From an uncultured Anaerolineaceae bacterium (GTDB taxonomy: Bacteria > Chloroflexota > Anaerolineae > Anaerolineales > Villigracilaceae): DNA of 64,000 nucleotides. Below the pieces are notes generated by a model. The model saw only the letters and a program-made list of their open reading frames with translations. It did no database searches and was not told the origin of the DNA. Below, in pieces: positions 27,067-35,395 of the stretch; position 1 is the stretch's first letter; each line of letters starts with the position of its first letter. Location of the stretch: positions 30,354-94,353 of the forward strand of contig CAZVAX010000001.1 of assembly GCA_964625215.1 (NCBI GenBank). The letters run 5' to 3'. Both the position numbers and the translations under genes were made by a program.

Positions 27067-27198
27067 TTAGAAGCCTTGGTAGATCCAGGAGGGGGTGATG
27101 TCGGCGGTGAAGATGACCAGCGCGGTGACGATGAGCGCCAGCGCGAGGGCGAGCATGTTTTCGCGGGTGAGGAGGCGGGAGAGGAGGGATTTGAGCAT
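27067..27198 (-). CDS. DltX-like micro-protein (43 aa), not in the ORF track
   Basis: Own translation: MLKSLLSRLLTRENMLALALALIVTALVIFTADITPSWIYQGF. It has one TM helix and a C-terminal aromatic-I-Y-x-x-F end, as in DltX (FIYNEF). Its stop abuts the MBOAT GTG start. Confidence 0.5.
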   Translation of the reverse strand: MLKSLLSRLLTRENMLALALALIVTALVIFTADITPSWIYQGF

Positions 27199-27233
27199 AG
27201 AGATTCTCGAAATAGATTCCGCAACACAAAGTC

Positions 27234-27290
27234 ACCAAGACACAAAGACACAAATTTTTCTTGGCGACCTCGAGTCTTTGTGCCTTGGTG
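27234..27290 (-). terminator. 17-bp hairpin downstream of prfB
   Basis: CACCAAGACACAAAGAC / GTCTTTGTGCCTTGGTG. The single mismatch is A-C on the plus strand but a G-U wobble on minus-strand RNA. Confidence 0.5.
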
Positions 27291-27311
27291 TTCAGAAGCC
27301 AGGAAAGCGCG

Positions 27312-28395
27312 CTACGCGTGTTGGCGCAGGTAGGCCTCCATGAAATCGTCCAGCGCGCCGTCGAGGACGGCGGAGGTGTTGCCGGTTTCGTGGTCGGTGC
27401 GGTGATCCTTCACCATTTGGTAGGGATGCAACACGTATGAGCGGATCTGACTCCCCCACTCAGCCTTGGTGTATTCGCCGCGCAAGACCGCGACCTCCTC
27501 CTCTTTTTCGGCTTGCTTGATCTCCACCAGGCGGGCGCGCAGGATGCGCATGGCGAACTCGCGGTTCTGTGTCTGCGAGCGTTCGTTCTGGCAGGTGACG
27601 ACGATGCCGGTGGGCAGATGCGTGAGGCGGATGGCGGTGGAGTTTTTCTGCACGTTCTGTCCGCCCGCGCCGGAGGAACGGAACACGTCAATTTTGATCT
27701 CGCTCGGGTCAATCGAAATGTCCGGGTCGTCCATCGCGATCTGCGGCAGGACCTCGATCAGCGCGAAGGAGGTGTGACGCCGGTGCGCCGCGTCGAAGGG
27801 AGAGAGGCGCACGAGACGATGCACGCCCTTTTCGGAGCGCAGGTAGCCGAAGGCGTATTTTCCGTCCACGGCAATGGTGACGGATTTGATGCCCGCCTCC
27901 TCGCCCTCGGAACGATCCATGATTTCGGTCTCGAATCCTTTTTTCTCGGCCCAGCGCAGGAACATGCGCTCCAGCATGGCGGCCCAGTCCTGCGAGTCGG
28001 TGCCGCCCGCGCCGGCGTGGATGGCGAGGATGGCGCTATCGTCGTCGTACTTGCCGGAGAACATGGCGTTGAAGGCGCGCGTAGAAACTTCTTTCTCGAT
28101 AAAGTCCACTTCGTTTTCGAGGTCGGCGCGCAGACTCTCATCGTCCATGCGCGAGAGTTCGAGCGTGTCGTGAACGTGCTGGCGAAAAGCGCGCCACGAG
28201 TCCACTTGCTCGCGCAAAGTGGCGGCGGACTTGCTCACGCGCTGGGCGGTCTGCGAGTCGTTCCAGAAATCCGGCGCGGCGATCTGTTTGTCGAAGTCAG
28301 CGAGTTGGGATTCCTTCGAGGCGAAGTCAAAGACGCTCCAGAAGCTGGGCGATGGTTTCCTGCGCGGCGGTCAGTCGGTTGATCAGGTCTTGCAT
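27312..28395 (-). CDS. prfB: Peptide chain release factor 2, requires programmed +1 frameshift
   Basis: Frame 0 from the ATG at 28395: MQDLINRLTAAQETIAQLLERL then TGA. The +1 frame continues DFASKESQLADFDKQIAAPDFWNDSQTAQRVSKSAATLREQ into the 308-aa track ORF, which contains the SPF-type region and GGQ (SGAGGQNVQK). Confidence 0.9.
28326..28332 (-). promoter_or_regulatory. RF2 +1 frameshift site CTT TGA C with upstream internal SD
   Basis: The minus strand reads CTGGAGCGTCTTTGAC: GGAG 3 nt before CTT, then in-frame TGA followed by C. Confidence 0.85.
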
Positions 28396-28428
28396 TGGTT
28401 CCTCCAAAGCGGTAGAGCAAAACCCTTT

Positions 28429-28495
28429 GCCACGAATTTCACGGATTTCACGAATTTTTTTATATCCATTCGCGCCCATTCGTGAAATTCGCGGC
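28429..28495 (-). terminator. 15-bp hairpin downstream of ftsY
   Basis: GCCACGAATTTCACG / CGTGAAATTCGCGGC. The mismatch becomes a G-U wobble only on minus-strand RNA. Confidence 0.45.
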
Positions 28496-28502
28496 CAAAG
28501 AA

Positions 28503-29411
28503 TTAGGCTTGTAAAATTCCATCCACGAAGGCGTCGGGGTCGAAGGGCGTCAGGTCTTCGGGTTTTTCGCCGAGGCCCGCGAACAAAATCGGCAGATGCA
28601 ACGTTTCTTGGATTGCAAACGCCATGCCGCCTCGAGCCGACGAATCCAGTTTTGCCAAAATGACGCCCGTCACCTTGACGGCCTCGCCAAAGGCGCGCGC
28701 CTGTTGCAGGGCGTTTTGTCCGGTGGTTGAGTCCAATACCAGCCAGACCTCGTGCGGCGCGCCGGGCAGGGCCTTGCCCACCACGCGATGGACTTTCTTC
28801 AACTCTTCCATCAGGTTGAAGCGCGTGTGCAGGCGGCCGGCGGTGTCAATCAGAACGATGTCCGCGTTGTGCGCCAGGCCGGACTGGACCGCGTTGAACG
28901 CGACCGCGCCCGGATCCGACTCGACCGCGCCCGCCACCACCGTGACGCCGAGCCGGTCGCCCCACACCTGGAGTTGGTCCACCGCCGCGGCGCGGAAGGT
29001 ATCGGCCGCGCCGAAGAGGACGGTCTTGCCCTCGCGTTGGAAGCGTTGTCCCAGTTTCGCCGTCGTAGTAGTCTTACCAGAGCCGTTGACTCCGACCATG
29101 AGGATGACGGTGGGATGGGCGGCGAAGGTCAGCGCGGGAGGCGGGTCGAGGCGTGCGCGGAGTTCGGCTCGGAGGGCCGATTTAAGTTCGTCGGCCCGAA
29201 GCAGGCCCGAGGTCCGCGTGAGGCGTTTGAGGGAGTCCACAACAGAGGAGGCGCTTTCGATCCCCAGGTCGGCCTGGATGAGGAGCGCTTCGAGTTCGTC
29301 CCAGGTTTCGGAGGTGATTTCGGTGGCGCCGAGGATGGAGGCGACGCGTCCGAACGCGGCTTTGCCGGTTTTGGCGAGTCCGGCGCGCCAACGGGTTAGG
29401 AAATCGGTCAT
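28503..29411 (-). CDS. ftsY: Signal recognition particle receptor FtsY (NG-domain-only form)
   Basis: GVNGSGKTTTTAKLG, DTAGRLH, ILAKLDSSARGG. Confidence 0.9.
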   Translation of the reverse strand: MTDFLTRWRAGLAKTGKAAFGRVASILGATEITSETWDELEALLIQADLGIESASSVVDSLKRLTRTSGLLRADELKSALRAELRARLDPPPALTFAAHPTVILMVGVNGSGKTTTTAKLGQRFQREGKTVLFGAADTFRAAAVDQLQVWGDRLGVTVVAGAVESDPGAVAFNAVQSGLAHNADIVLIDTAGRLHTRFNLMEELKKVHRVVGKALPGAPHEVWLVLDSTTGQNALQQARAFGEAVKVTGVILAKLDSSARGGMAFAIQETLHLPILFAGLGEKPEDLTPFDPDAFVDGILQA

Positions 29412-29511
29412 GGCGGGCGATTATAACATGGGGGTTGCGGGGTTTTATGTTATACTCGCCGACTGGCAGTCGCGGGATACGCGGCGCGCCAATTTTTTGC
29501 GAGGTAACAGA

Positions 29512-29856
29512 ATGATCGAAGAACCAATCCATGTCACCGACGACGCGTTCGAAAAAACCGTGCTTCAATCGCCCCTGCCCGTGGTAGTGGACTTTTGGGC
29601 GCCGTGGTGCGGGCCGTGCAAGATGGTCGCGCCGACGCTTGATAAGCTGGCCAAGGAGAACGCCGGAAAGTTGCTCGTCGCGAAAGTAAACACTGACGAG
29701 AATCCCGAATGGGCGCAGAAGTACGGCGTGCAGGGAATCCCGACGATGTTGTTCGTCTCGAAAGGCAAGATCGTCCACCGGCAGACGGGCGCGCTGCCCG
29801 AGCGCATGTTGCGGGATGTTGTGACGCAGTTCATGGAAGTGATCGCGCAAGCATAG
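29512..29856 (+). CDS. trxA: Thioredoxin
   Basis: VVDFWAPWCGPCKMVAP. Only the last 114 aa of the long track ORF 28624-29856 are real; the rest is antisense to ftsY. Confidence 0.9.
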   Translation: MIEEPIHVTDDAFEKTVLQSPLPVVVDFWAPWCGPCKMVAPTLDKLAKENAGKLLVAKVNTDENPEWAQKYGVQGIPTMLFVSKGKIVHRQTGALPERMLRDVVTQFMEVIAQA

Positions 29857-29865
29857 GAGGTTCCG

Positions 29866-30573
29866 ATGAACCGAGCGGCCTTGGGTGTTTTGATCTTCCT
29901 TCTGGCGTTATCCGCCTGTACGCCTGGCCTTTCGCCCTCCGCGTCGGAGGCGCAAGCCACGTCGAAAGCGTTCGTCGCCACTGCCGGCGCGCAGACCATG
30001 GCCGCCTTGCCCACGTTGACGATGCCGCCAACGAACACTCCGCTGCCCACGCAACCGCCGACGCAAACCAACACGAGCGCCCCCCCGCCCACCGCGACCA
30101 AACCAACCAGCACCGCCAGCGCGACCCAACCGCCGACGGTCACCGGCACGCCTCCAACCGCCACCGCTTCGGCCACGACGGGCGCGACGGCCAGCCCCAC
30201 CAAAACCGCGACCGGCACCCCGCCGACCGCCACCAACACCGTCACCGGCACGCCTCCCACCGCCACCGCCACCGACTTGATGGTGACGCGCGTCTACGGC
30301 ACGCAGCCCCCCTACGTGGACTATGGTCGCGTGGAGTTGCGCAACCTGTCCAAGACCGATGTGTACATTTCGTTCCAATGCACCACCCCCGACGGGCAGT
30401 ACGTGATCGTGGAATATCCTGTCGGCGGTTCGTACATCAAGGTCTCTGTGCCGGCCGGGCGCTGCGCCTACGTGGCCTGGGTGGGCGGACGCGAGTTCAC
30501 CGGCGAATTTGGCCTGAAACCGTTCGAGGAATTGATCTTCACGTTCAAGAAAGATTCCGTCACCATTCAATGA
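29866..30573 (+). CDS. Lipoprotein with long Thr/Pro-rich linker and small Cys-containing C-terminal domain
   Basis: Lipobox LALSACTP. About 110 aa of PT-rich sequence. Confidence 0.6.
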   Translation: MNRAALGVLIFLLALSACTPGLSPSASEAQATSKAFVATAGAQTMAALPTLTMPPTNTPLPTQPPTQTNTSAPPPTATKPTSTASATQPPTVTGTPPTATASATTGATASPTKTATGTPPTATNTVTGTPPTATATDLMVTRVYGTQPPYVDYGRVELRNLSKTDVYISFQCTTPDGQYVIVEYPVGGSYIKVSVPAGRCAYVAWVGGREFTGEFGLKPFEELIFTFKKDSVTIQ

Positions 30574-30617
30574 TAAAATCCAGCGATTTTCAACAGAAAG
30601 ACAAGGAGAGTTCACGA

Positions 30618-31208
30618 ATGAAAAAAGTTTTACCCCTGCTTGCGGCGATTGCTATCTTCTTGGCGGCCTGCGGACCGAAAGGCACTCCCACCCCTGACCA
30701 GGCGCAGGTCTTAGCCTCGGCGGTTGCCCTGGCTTCCACAATGGCCGCGCAGACCCAGGCGGCCCAACCGACCCCAACCCAGGTTCCGCCCACTCCGCTC
30801 CCAACGAACACGCCTTTACCCGCGCCCCCCACTTTTTCGCTTCCCACCTTCCCGGTGGCTTCTCCCACCGCCACCGCGCGTAGCGGCGACGCGTGCAGTT
30901 CGCTCATGGATCCCAACTGGGGCGGCCCGAGCGTTTACCTGATGATCAAAAACGAGACCAAGGGTTCGCTGAGCCTGTCGCTCTACCTGTACGAAACCCC
31001 GTTCGCCTGTGGTTTTGTCCGCCTTCCGCAGTTCGGCCCGAACGAAGACAACGGTATCAATGTGCCTGAAGGTTGTTACTGGCCCTCCGCCTACATCAAC
31101 GACCCCAAGAAACCGCGCTCGATCGAAGGCCCCAAAGCCTGCATCCACGGTAACGATAAAATTGAGTTGCTCGTCACGTACGATGGTTTCCGCTGGCTCT
31201 TCCCGTAG
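30618..31208 (+). CDS. Lipoprotein with Pro/Thr linker and Cys-rich C-terminal domain
   Basis: AAGGAGAG RBS, MKKVLPLLAAIAIFLAACGP lipobox. This is the C-terminal 196 aa of track ORF 29709-31208. Confidence 0.6.
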   Translation: MKKVLPLLAAIAIFLAACGPKGTPTPDQAQVLASAVALASTMAAQTQAAQPTPTQVPPTPLPTNTPLPAPPTFSLPTFPVASPTATARSGDACSSLMDPNWGGPSVYLMIKNETKGSLSLSLYLYETPFACGFVRLPQFGPNEDNGINVPEGCYWPSAYINDPKKPRSIEGPKACIHGNDKIELLVTYDGFRWLFP

Positions 31209-31234
31209 ACCGGCGCATCCCATTCGCGATTGAA

Positions 31235-31280
31235 ACACACCAGCCCGACTCATGGCGAGCCGGGCTGGTGTGTTTCTTCC
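31235..31280 (+). terminator. Rho-independent terminator
   Basis: ACACACCAGCCCG / CGGGCTGGTGTGT 13-bp stem followed by TTCTTCC. Confidence 0.7.
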
Positions 31281-31354
31281 AACCGTCATTGCGAGCCGCG
31301 AAGCGGCGAAGCAATCCCCGCGAGGCCAGAAGGAGATTGCTTCGCAAAAAGCGC
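31275..31354. repeat. Nested palindromic repeat, family 2, copy b
   Basis: GTCATTGCGAGCCGCGAAGCGGCGAAGCAATCCCCGCGAGGCCAGAAGGAGATTGCTTCGCAAAAAGCGCTCGCAATGCC. Confidence 0.75.
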
Positions 31355-31375
31355 TCGCAATGCCAGAACGAAGGG

Positions 31376-32656
31376 CTATTCCGTCACGCGTTCGATCTTG
31401 GCGCCAAGGGCGCGCAGTTTCTCATCCACCTTTTCGTAACCGCGGTCAACCTGACCGATGTTGCGAATCGTGGAAGTCCCTTGCGCGGCAAGGGCCGCCA
31501 GCACGAGAGCCATGCCGGCGCGGATGTCGGGACTTTCCATCTTTTCGCCGAAGAGTCGGTTCGGTCCCTGCACAAGACAGCGATATGGGTCGCACAGGAT
31601 GATGCGCGCGCCCATGCCCACCAGTTTATCGGTGAAGTACATGCGGCCGGAATACATCCAGTCATGGAAGAGGATCGGGCCGTCGGATTGGGTGGCGACG
31701 GTGATGGCGATGCTCATCAGGTCGGTGGGAAAGGCCGGCCAGACGTTGGTCTTGATTTCGGGGATGACATTGCCCAAATCGGGAATCACCGCGAGCGATT
31801 GATTCGCGGGGACGATCAAATCATCTCCTTCGACTTGCCACGTCACGCCGAGGCGATGAAAAACCTGCGCGGTCATTTCGAGATGTTGCACGCCCGCGTT
31901 GTGAATGCGAATCTCGCCTCCGGTCACAGCGGCCGCGCCGACCAGGCTGATCACCTCGAGGTAATCCGGCCCGACCGAGAATTCGCCGCCGTGCAACGCG
32001 TCCACGCCTTCGATGTGCAGGGTGTTCGAGCCGATGTCGCGAATGCGCGCGCCGAGCAGGTTGAGGAAATGACACAACTCCTGGATGTGCGGTTCGGAGG
32101 CGGCGTTGCGAATCACGGTCTTGCCTTTGGCGCGGACGGCGGCCATGACGGCGTTCTCGGTGGCGGTGACGCTGGCTTCGTCAAGCAAAATATCGGCGCC
32201 GTGGAGCGAGTCGGCCCGAAATTCGAGCGACCGATCGTAGGTGACGCGCGCGCCGAGGGCCTGCAGGGAGAGGATGTGGGTGTCGAGGCGTCGGCGTCCG
32301 ATCACGTCGCCGCCGGGAGGGGAAAGCCGGATCTCGCCGGCGCGGGCGGTCATGGGGCCAGCAAGCAGGATGGAGGCGCGAATGCGGCGGCACAGGTCCG
32401 GGTCGAGGTCCGCCGGCCGGAGCGTCCGCGCAGTGACGCGCCACGAGTTGCCGCCCAGGTCTTCCACAGTCGCGCCGAGGCTTTCGATCAGGTGACGCAT
32501 GTCGCTCACGTCGCGGATCTTCGGGACGTTATGCAAGACGACCGGTTCGTCGGTGAGCAGGCAGGCGGCCAGCAAAGGCAGGGCGGAATTTTTATTGCCC
32601 CCCGGCGTCACTTCGCCCTGCAAAGGCGCGCCCCCTTCGATGACAAATTTTTCCAT
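31376..32656 (-). CDS. murA: UDP-N-acetylglucosamine 1-carboxyvinyltransferase
   Basis: MEKFVIEGGAPLQGEVTPGGNKNSALPLLAACLL. Start trimmed to the ATG at 32656. Confidence 0.9.
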   Translation of the reverse strand: MEKFVIEGGAPLQGEVTPGGNKNSALPLLAACLLTDEPVVLHNVPKIRDVSDMRHLIESLGATVEDLGGNSWRVTARTLRPADLDPDLCRRIRASILLAGPMTARAGEIRLSPPGGDVIGRRRLDTHILSLQALGARVTYDRSLEFRADSLHGADILLDEASVTATENAVMAAVRAKGKTVIRNAASEPHIQELCHFLNLLGARIRDIGSNTLHIEGVDALHGGEFSVGPDYLEVISLVGAAAVTGGEIRIHNAGVQHLEMTAQVFHRLGVTWQVEGDDLIVPANQSLAVIPDLGNVIPEIKTNVWPAFPTDLMSIAITVATQSDGPILFHDWMYSGRMYFTDKLVGMGARIILCDPYRCLVQGPNRLFGEKMESPDIRAGMALVLAALAAQGTSTIRNIGQVDRGYEKVDEKLRALGAKIERVTE

Positions 32657-32666
32657 GGGTCTCCTC

Positions 32667-32708
32667 AAAGCGACAGTCACTTTCATTTTCGGAAGCGACT
32701 GTCGCTTT
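32667..32708 (-). promoter_or_regulatory. 12-bp perfect hairpin in the murA 5' leader
   Basis: AAAGCGACAGTC / GACTGTCGCTTT with an 18-nt loop, 11 nt upstream of the murA ATG. Confidence 0.3.
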
Positions 32709-32751
32709 AGGATTCTAAGGCGCTTTCCACGTTTCGGGTAGCACATTACAG

Positions 32752-33594
32752 GTGACTTACATATTCTACAAAATCGGGCAATTCGACTATAATAGGAAGG
32801 TGGTAGCCGGTTTATTTATTGCTTTTTTGATGGGCCTGGCAAGCGCTTGGATCGCGAATTACCTCGCCGATGTGTTGCCGGAAACCAGGAAGCTCAGCCA
32901 GCCCAAATGTCTTCATTGCGGCTCCCACTATTCATGGCAGGATTACCTCCTGCTCCGTCGGTGTAAACAGTGCAACTCACCACGACGGATACGAGCCTGG
33001 CTCGTTATTATTCTCTCCGTTATTTTGAACATCTATTTTTGGACCGCCCCTCCAGCCCGCATCGGATTTTGGCTCGGATGGGTCGTGTTGGCGTACTTTA
33101 CCACGGTGTTCGTGATCGACCTGGAACACAGGCTGATCCTGCACCCCACCAGCGTCTTCGGCGCGGCGCTCGGACTCCTGGTCGGGTACCTGCGCCACGG
33201 GCTTGTGACCACCCTGCTGGGCGGCCTGCTCGGCTTCGTCATCGTGTACGCCTTTTACCTGCTTGGCGTATTGTTCACCAAGATGCGAGCGCGGCGTTTG
33301 CAGGCGCAGGGTCTCGAAGCGGACGACGAGGACGCCTTCGGCGCCGGCGACGTGATCCTGGCAACCATCCTGGGTTTCATGCTCGGCGTCACTTTGATCT
33401 GGTTCGGCATTTTGCTGGGCGTGTTGTTCGGCGGCGTGATCAGCGGATTGATCATGCTGGCGTTGTTCCTCACCCGGCGCTACCGAGATAACGCCTGGAT
33501 GATCTTCATCCCGTTCGGCCCGTTCTTTATCGTCAGCGCGTTCCTGATGATCTACCTGCCCAAAGTGGCCGCGTACTTCACCTTCCAAAACTGA
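32752..33594 (+). CDS. Prepilin peptidase (A24 family)
   Basis: N-terminal Cys cluster CLHCGSHYSW...CKQCN. Catalytic Asp contexts VFVIDLEH and FGAGDVILATILG. Confidence 0.8.
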   Translation: MTYIFYKIGQFDYNRKVVAGLFIAFLMGLASAWIANYLADVLPETRKLSQPKCLHCGSHYSWQDYLLLRRCKQCNSPRRIRAWLVIILSVILNIYFWTAPPARIGFWLGWVVLAYFTTVFVIDLEHRLILHPTSVFGAALGLLVGYLRHGLVTTLLGGLLGFVIVYAFYLLGVLFTKMRARRLQAQGLEADDEDAFGAGDVILATILGFMLGVTLIWFGILLGVLFGGVISGLIMLALFLTRRYRDNAWMIFIPFGPFFIVSAFLMIYLPKVAAYFTFQN

Positions 33595-33668
33595 CGGCCT
33601 GTTTAGTACCGAAGTAGGATTGTTGATTAATTTCGATTGTCTAAACTACATTTGGGAACCTTTGTATC

Positions 33669-34913
33669 ATGAACAAGAAACTTTTTTTCAAGCGCAAGTC
33701 TCCGGCGCAAGCGATGGTCGAATTTGCGTTGGTGTTGCCGATCCTCCTGCTCGTGATCTACGGGCTGATCGAGGTCGGCCGCTTGCTGTTCATTTACAGC
33801 AGCGTGGTCACCTCGGCGCGCTCGGCCGCGCGTTACGGCTCGACGACCGGATTGAACGCCATCGGCGGCGTGCCGCGCTACCAGGATTGCGCCGGGATGC
33901 GCAACATGGCCCAACGCTCGGCCTTCATTCAAAACATCACAGACGACGATATCGCCATTGACTACGACACGGGCGAGGGCGAGGCGCCCCAGTCGAATTA
34001 TCATTCCGATTACGTAAACAACGACCCCAACTGGGCCGCCGACATCGCCGATTTTTGCGCGCCCGGCGACTCGACCGACACCGACCTCAATTCCGACGAC
34101 AGCACGCTCAACACCGGCAACGTGACCCGCATCCGCGTGACCGTACGCGGGCGCTATGGGCCGATCCTTTCCTTCCTGCCCATCGAACCTTTCCATATTT
34201 ACTCCACCAGCGCGCGCACCATCCTTGTCAGTGTGCCGGTGGAAATCACCGCCGCGCCGCAAACGTGGGACGGCCAGGCCTCGAACACGCCTCAACCCTC
34301 CGCGACCGCTTCGGCTACCGACGTCCCTCCGCCGTCGGATACGCCCACGCCTTCACGGACGCCCACCATTTCGCAGACGCCCACAATCACCCAAACGCCT
34401 ACCATCACCCAAACGCCCAGCAAGACCCCTACACCGTCGAAGACCTCCACGCCCACTATCACACATACGCCCACCAACACCGCCACCATCACGCCCACCC
34501 CGGTCTCCTGCGCCGGCAACGTGAAACACAGCGCGGTGAAAGTGGGAACCGGCAGCGCCAGCAAGCAAGTGACGATGACGATCTTCAATAACTTCGCGGG
34601 CGGCGTGCCATTGACCATCACCCAAATCCAGGTGACCACTTACGGTTCGGAAACGGGCAATGAAATCCAGTCCATGGACTTGGGGTCCGGCAATACGATC
34701 TGGACCGGCCCTCAACTGCCCCCCATCACCGTGAGTTCTTTTACAGGCAGCCCCACCATTTACATCGCTGGAAGCACCAGTTCCAAACTCCTGATCATCT
34801 ACTTTAAAACGCCGTACAGTTCCAGCGCGCAAATGCCCACCATTATCATCACATTTGCCGAATGTCCGTCGGGCTTCTACCTTAGCTCCGACGATCCCAG
34901 CACGCAGCAATGA
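33669..34913 (+). CDS. TadE-like pseudopilin with TPT-repeat linker and C-terminal beta domain
   Basis: N-terminus: SPAQAMVEFALVLPILLLVIYGLIEVGRLLF (TadE-type prepilin-like segment). Confidence 0.65.
   Translation: MNKKLFFKRKSPAQAMVEFALVLPILLLVIYGLIEVGRLLFIYSSVVTSARSAARYGSTTGLNAIGGVPRYQDCAGMRNMAQRSAFIQNITDDDIAIDYDTGEGEAPQSNYHSDYVNNDPNWAADIADFCAPGDSTDTDLNSDDSTLNTGNVTRIRVTVRGRYGPILSFLPIEPFHIYSTSARTILVSVPVEITAAPQTWDGQASNTPQPSATASATDVPPPSDTPTPSRTPTISQTPTITQTPTITQTPSKTPTPSKTSTPTITHTPTNTATITPTPVSCAGNVKHSAVKVGTGSASKQVTMTIFNNFAGGVPLTITQIQVTTYGSETGNEIQSMDLGSGNTIWTGPQLPPITVSSFTGSPTIYIAGSTSSKLLIIYFKTPYSSSAQMPTIIITFAECPSGFYLSSDDPSTQQ
34330..34500 (+). repeat. Imperfect 18-nt coding tandem repeats (TPTITQ units)
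   Basis: ACGCCCAC(A/C)ATCACCCAA-like units encode TPTISQTPTITQTPTITQTPSKTPTPSKTSTPTITHTPTNTATITPTP. Confidence 0.7.
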
Positions 34914-35368
34914 AAACGAAACCCTCTCCTCATCCCGAGCGCGGACAGAGCCTGGTGGAATTCGCCATCAGCCTGACCGCCATTCTCATCCTTTTGGCCG
35001 GAGCCGTGGACTTTGGCATCGGTCTCTTTCATTACATCGCCATGCGTGAAGCCGCCCAAGAAGGCGCGCTCTACGGCTCGATGAACCCTCCAGCATCGGC
35101 CGGAACGTGCCCCTCCGTTGACGCAGATTTGTGCAACCGGGTGGCGAACGCGGCGGGCGAAGACGGCATCATACGCGCCCTTTATGATGCGGGCGAACTG
35201 GGTGTCGCGGTCAGTTATACCGGCGCGCACTGCGAAGGCAACGGCATCACCGTCGCCCTTAGCTACGATTATCCCATCTCCATGCCGTTCATCGGCGCGT
35301 TCGTTGGAGATACGATCCGCTTGCGCGCGGCGATAACCGACACCATCCTGACACCGGTTTGCCCATAG
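34910..35368 (+). CDS. TadE family pseudopilin
   Basis: ERGQSLVEFAISLTAILILLAGAVDFG carries the G/xxxxEF prepilin-peptidase motif. 4-nt overlap with the upstream gene. Confidence 0.75.
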   Translation: MKTKPSPHPERGQSLVEFAISLTAILILLAGAVDFGIGLFHYIAMREAAQEGALYGSMNPPASAGTCPSVDADLCNRVANAAGEDGIIRALYDAGELGVAVSYTGAHCEGNGITVALSYDYPISMPFIGAFVGDTIRLRAAITDTILTPVCP

Positions 35369-35395
35369 CCCACCCCCTGCCGAAAGGAAACCAGT

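Noticed and set aside
27312-28238. prfB appears N-terminally truncated (308 aa), which suggests a pseudogene
   Set aside because: The missing N-terminus is encoded in the 0 frame upstream and joined through the canonical CTT TGA C +1 frameshift site at 28326-28332.
28624-29856. 410-aa plus-strand ORF
   Set aside because: Its first ~295 codons are antisense to ftsY and low-complexity. Only the last 114 codons (29512-29856) encode thioredoxin, with its own start.
30040-30280. Highly repetitive ACC/CCG-rich DNA (also at 34330-34500 and 44455-44560) as possible non-coding repeats or mobile remnants
   Set aside because: All lie in frame within ORFs that have signal peptides, and all encode Thr/Pro linkers. 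These are coding low-complexity regions, not independent elements.
29709-31208. 499-aa plus-strand ORF spanning trxA and two lipoprotein genes
   Set aside because: This is an out-of-frame read-through of other genes with Arg/His-rich translation. Only the final 196 aa, starting at an RBS-preceded ATG with a lipobox (30618), are credible.
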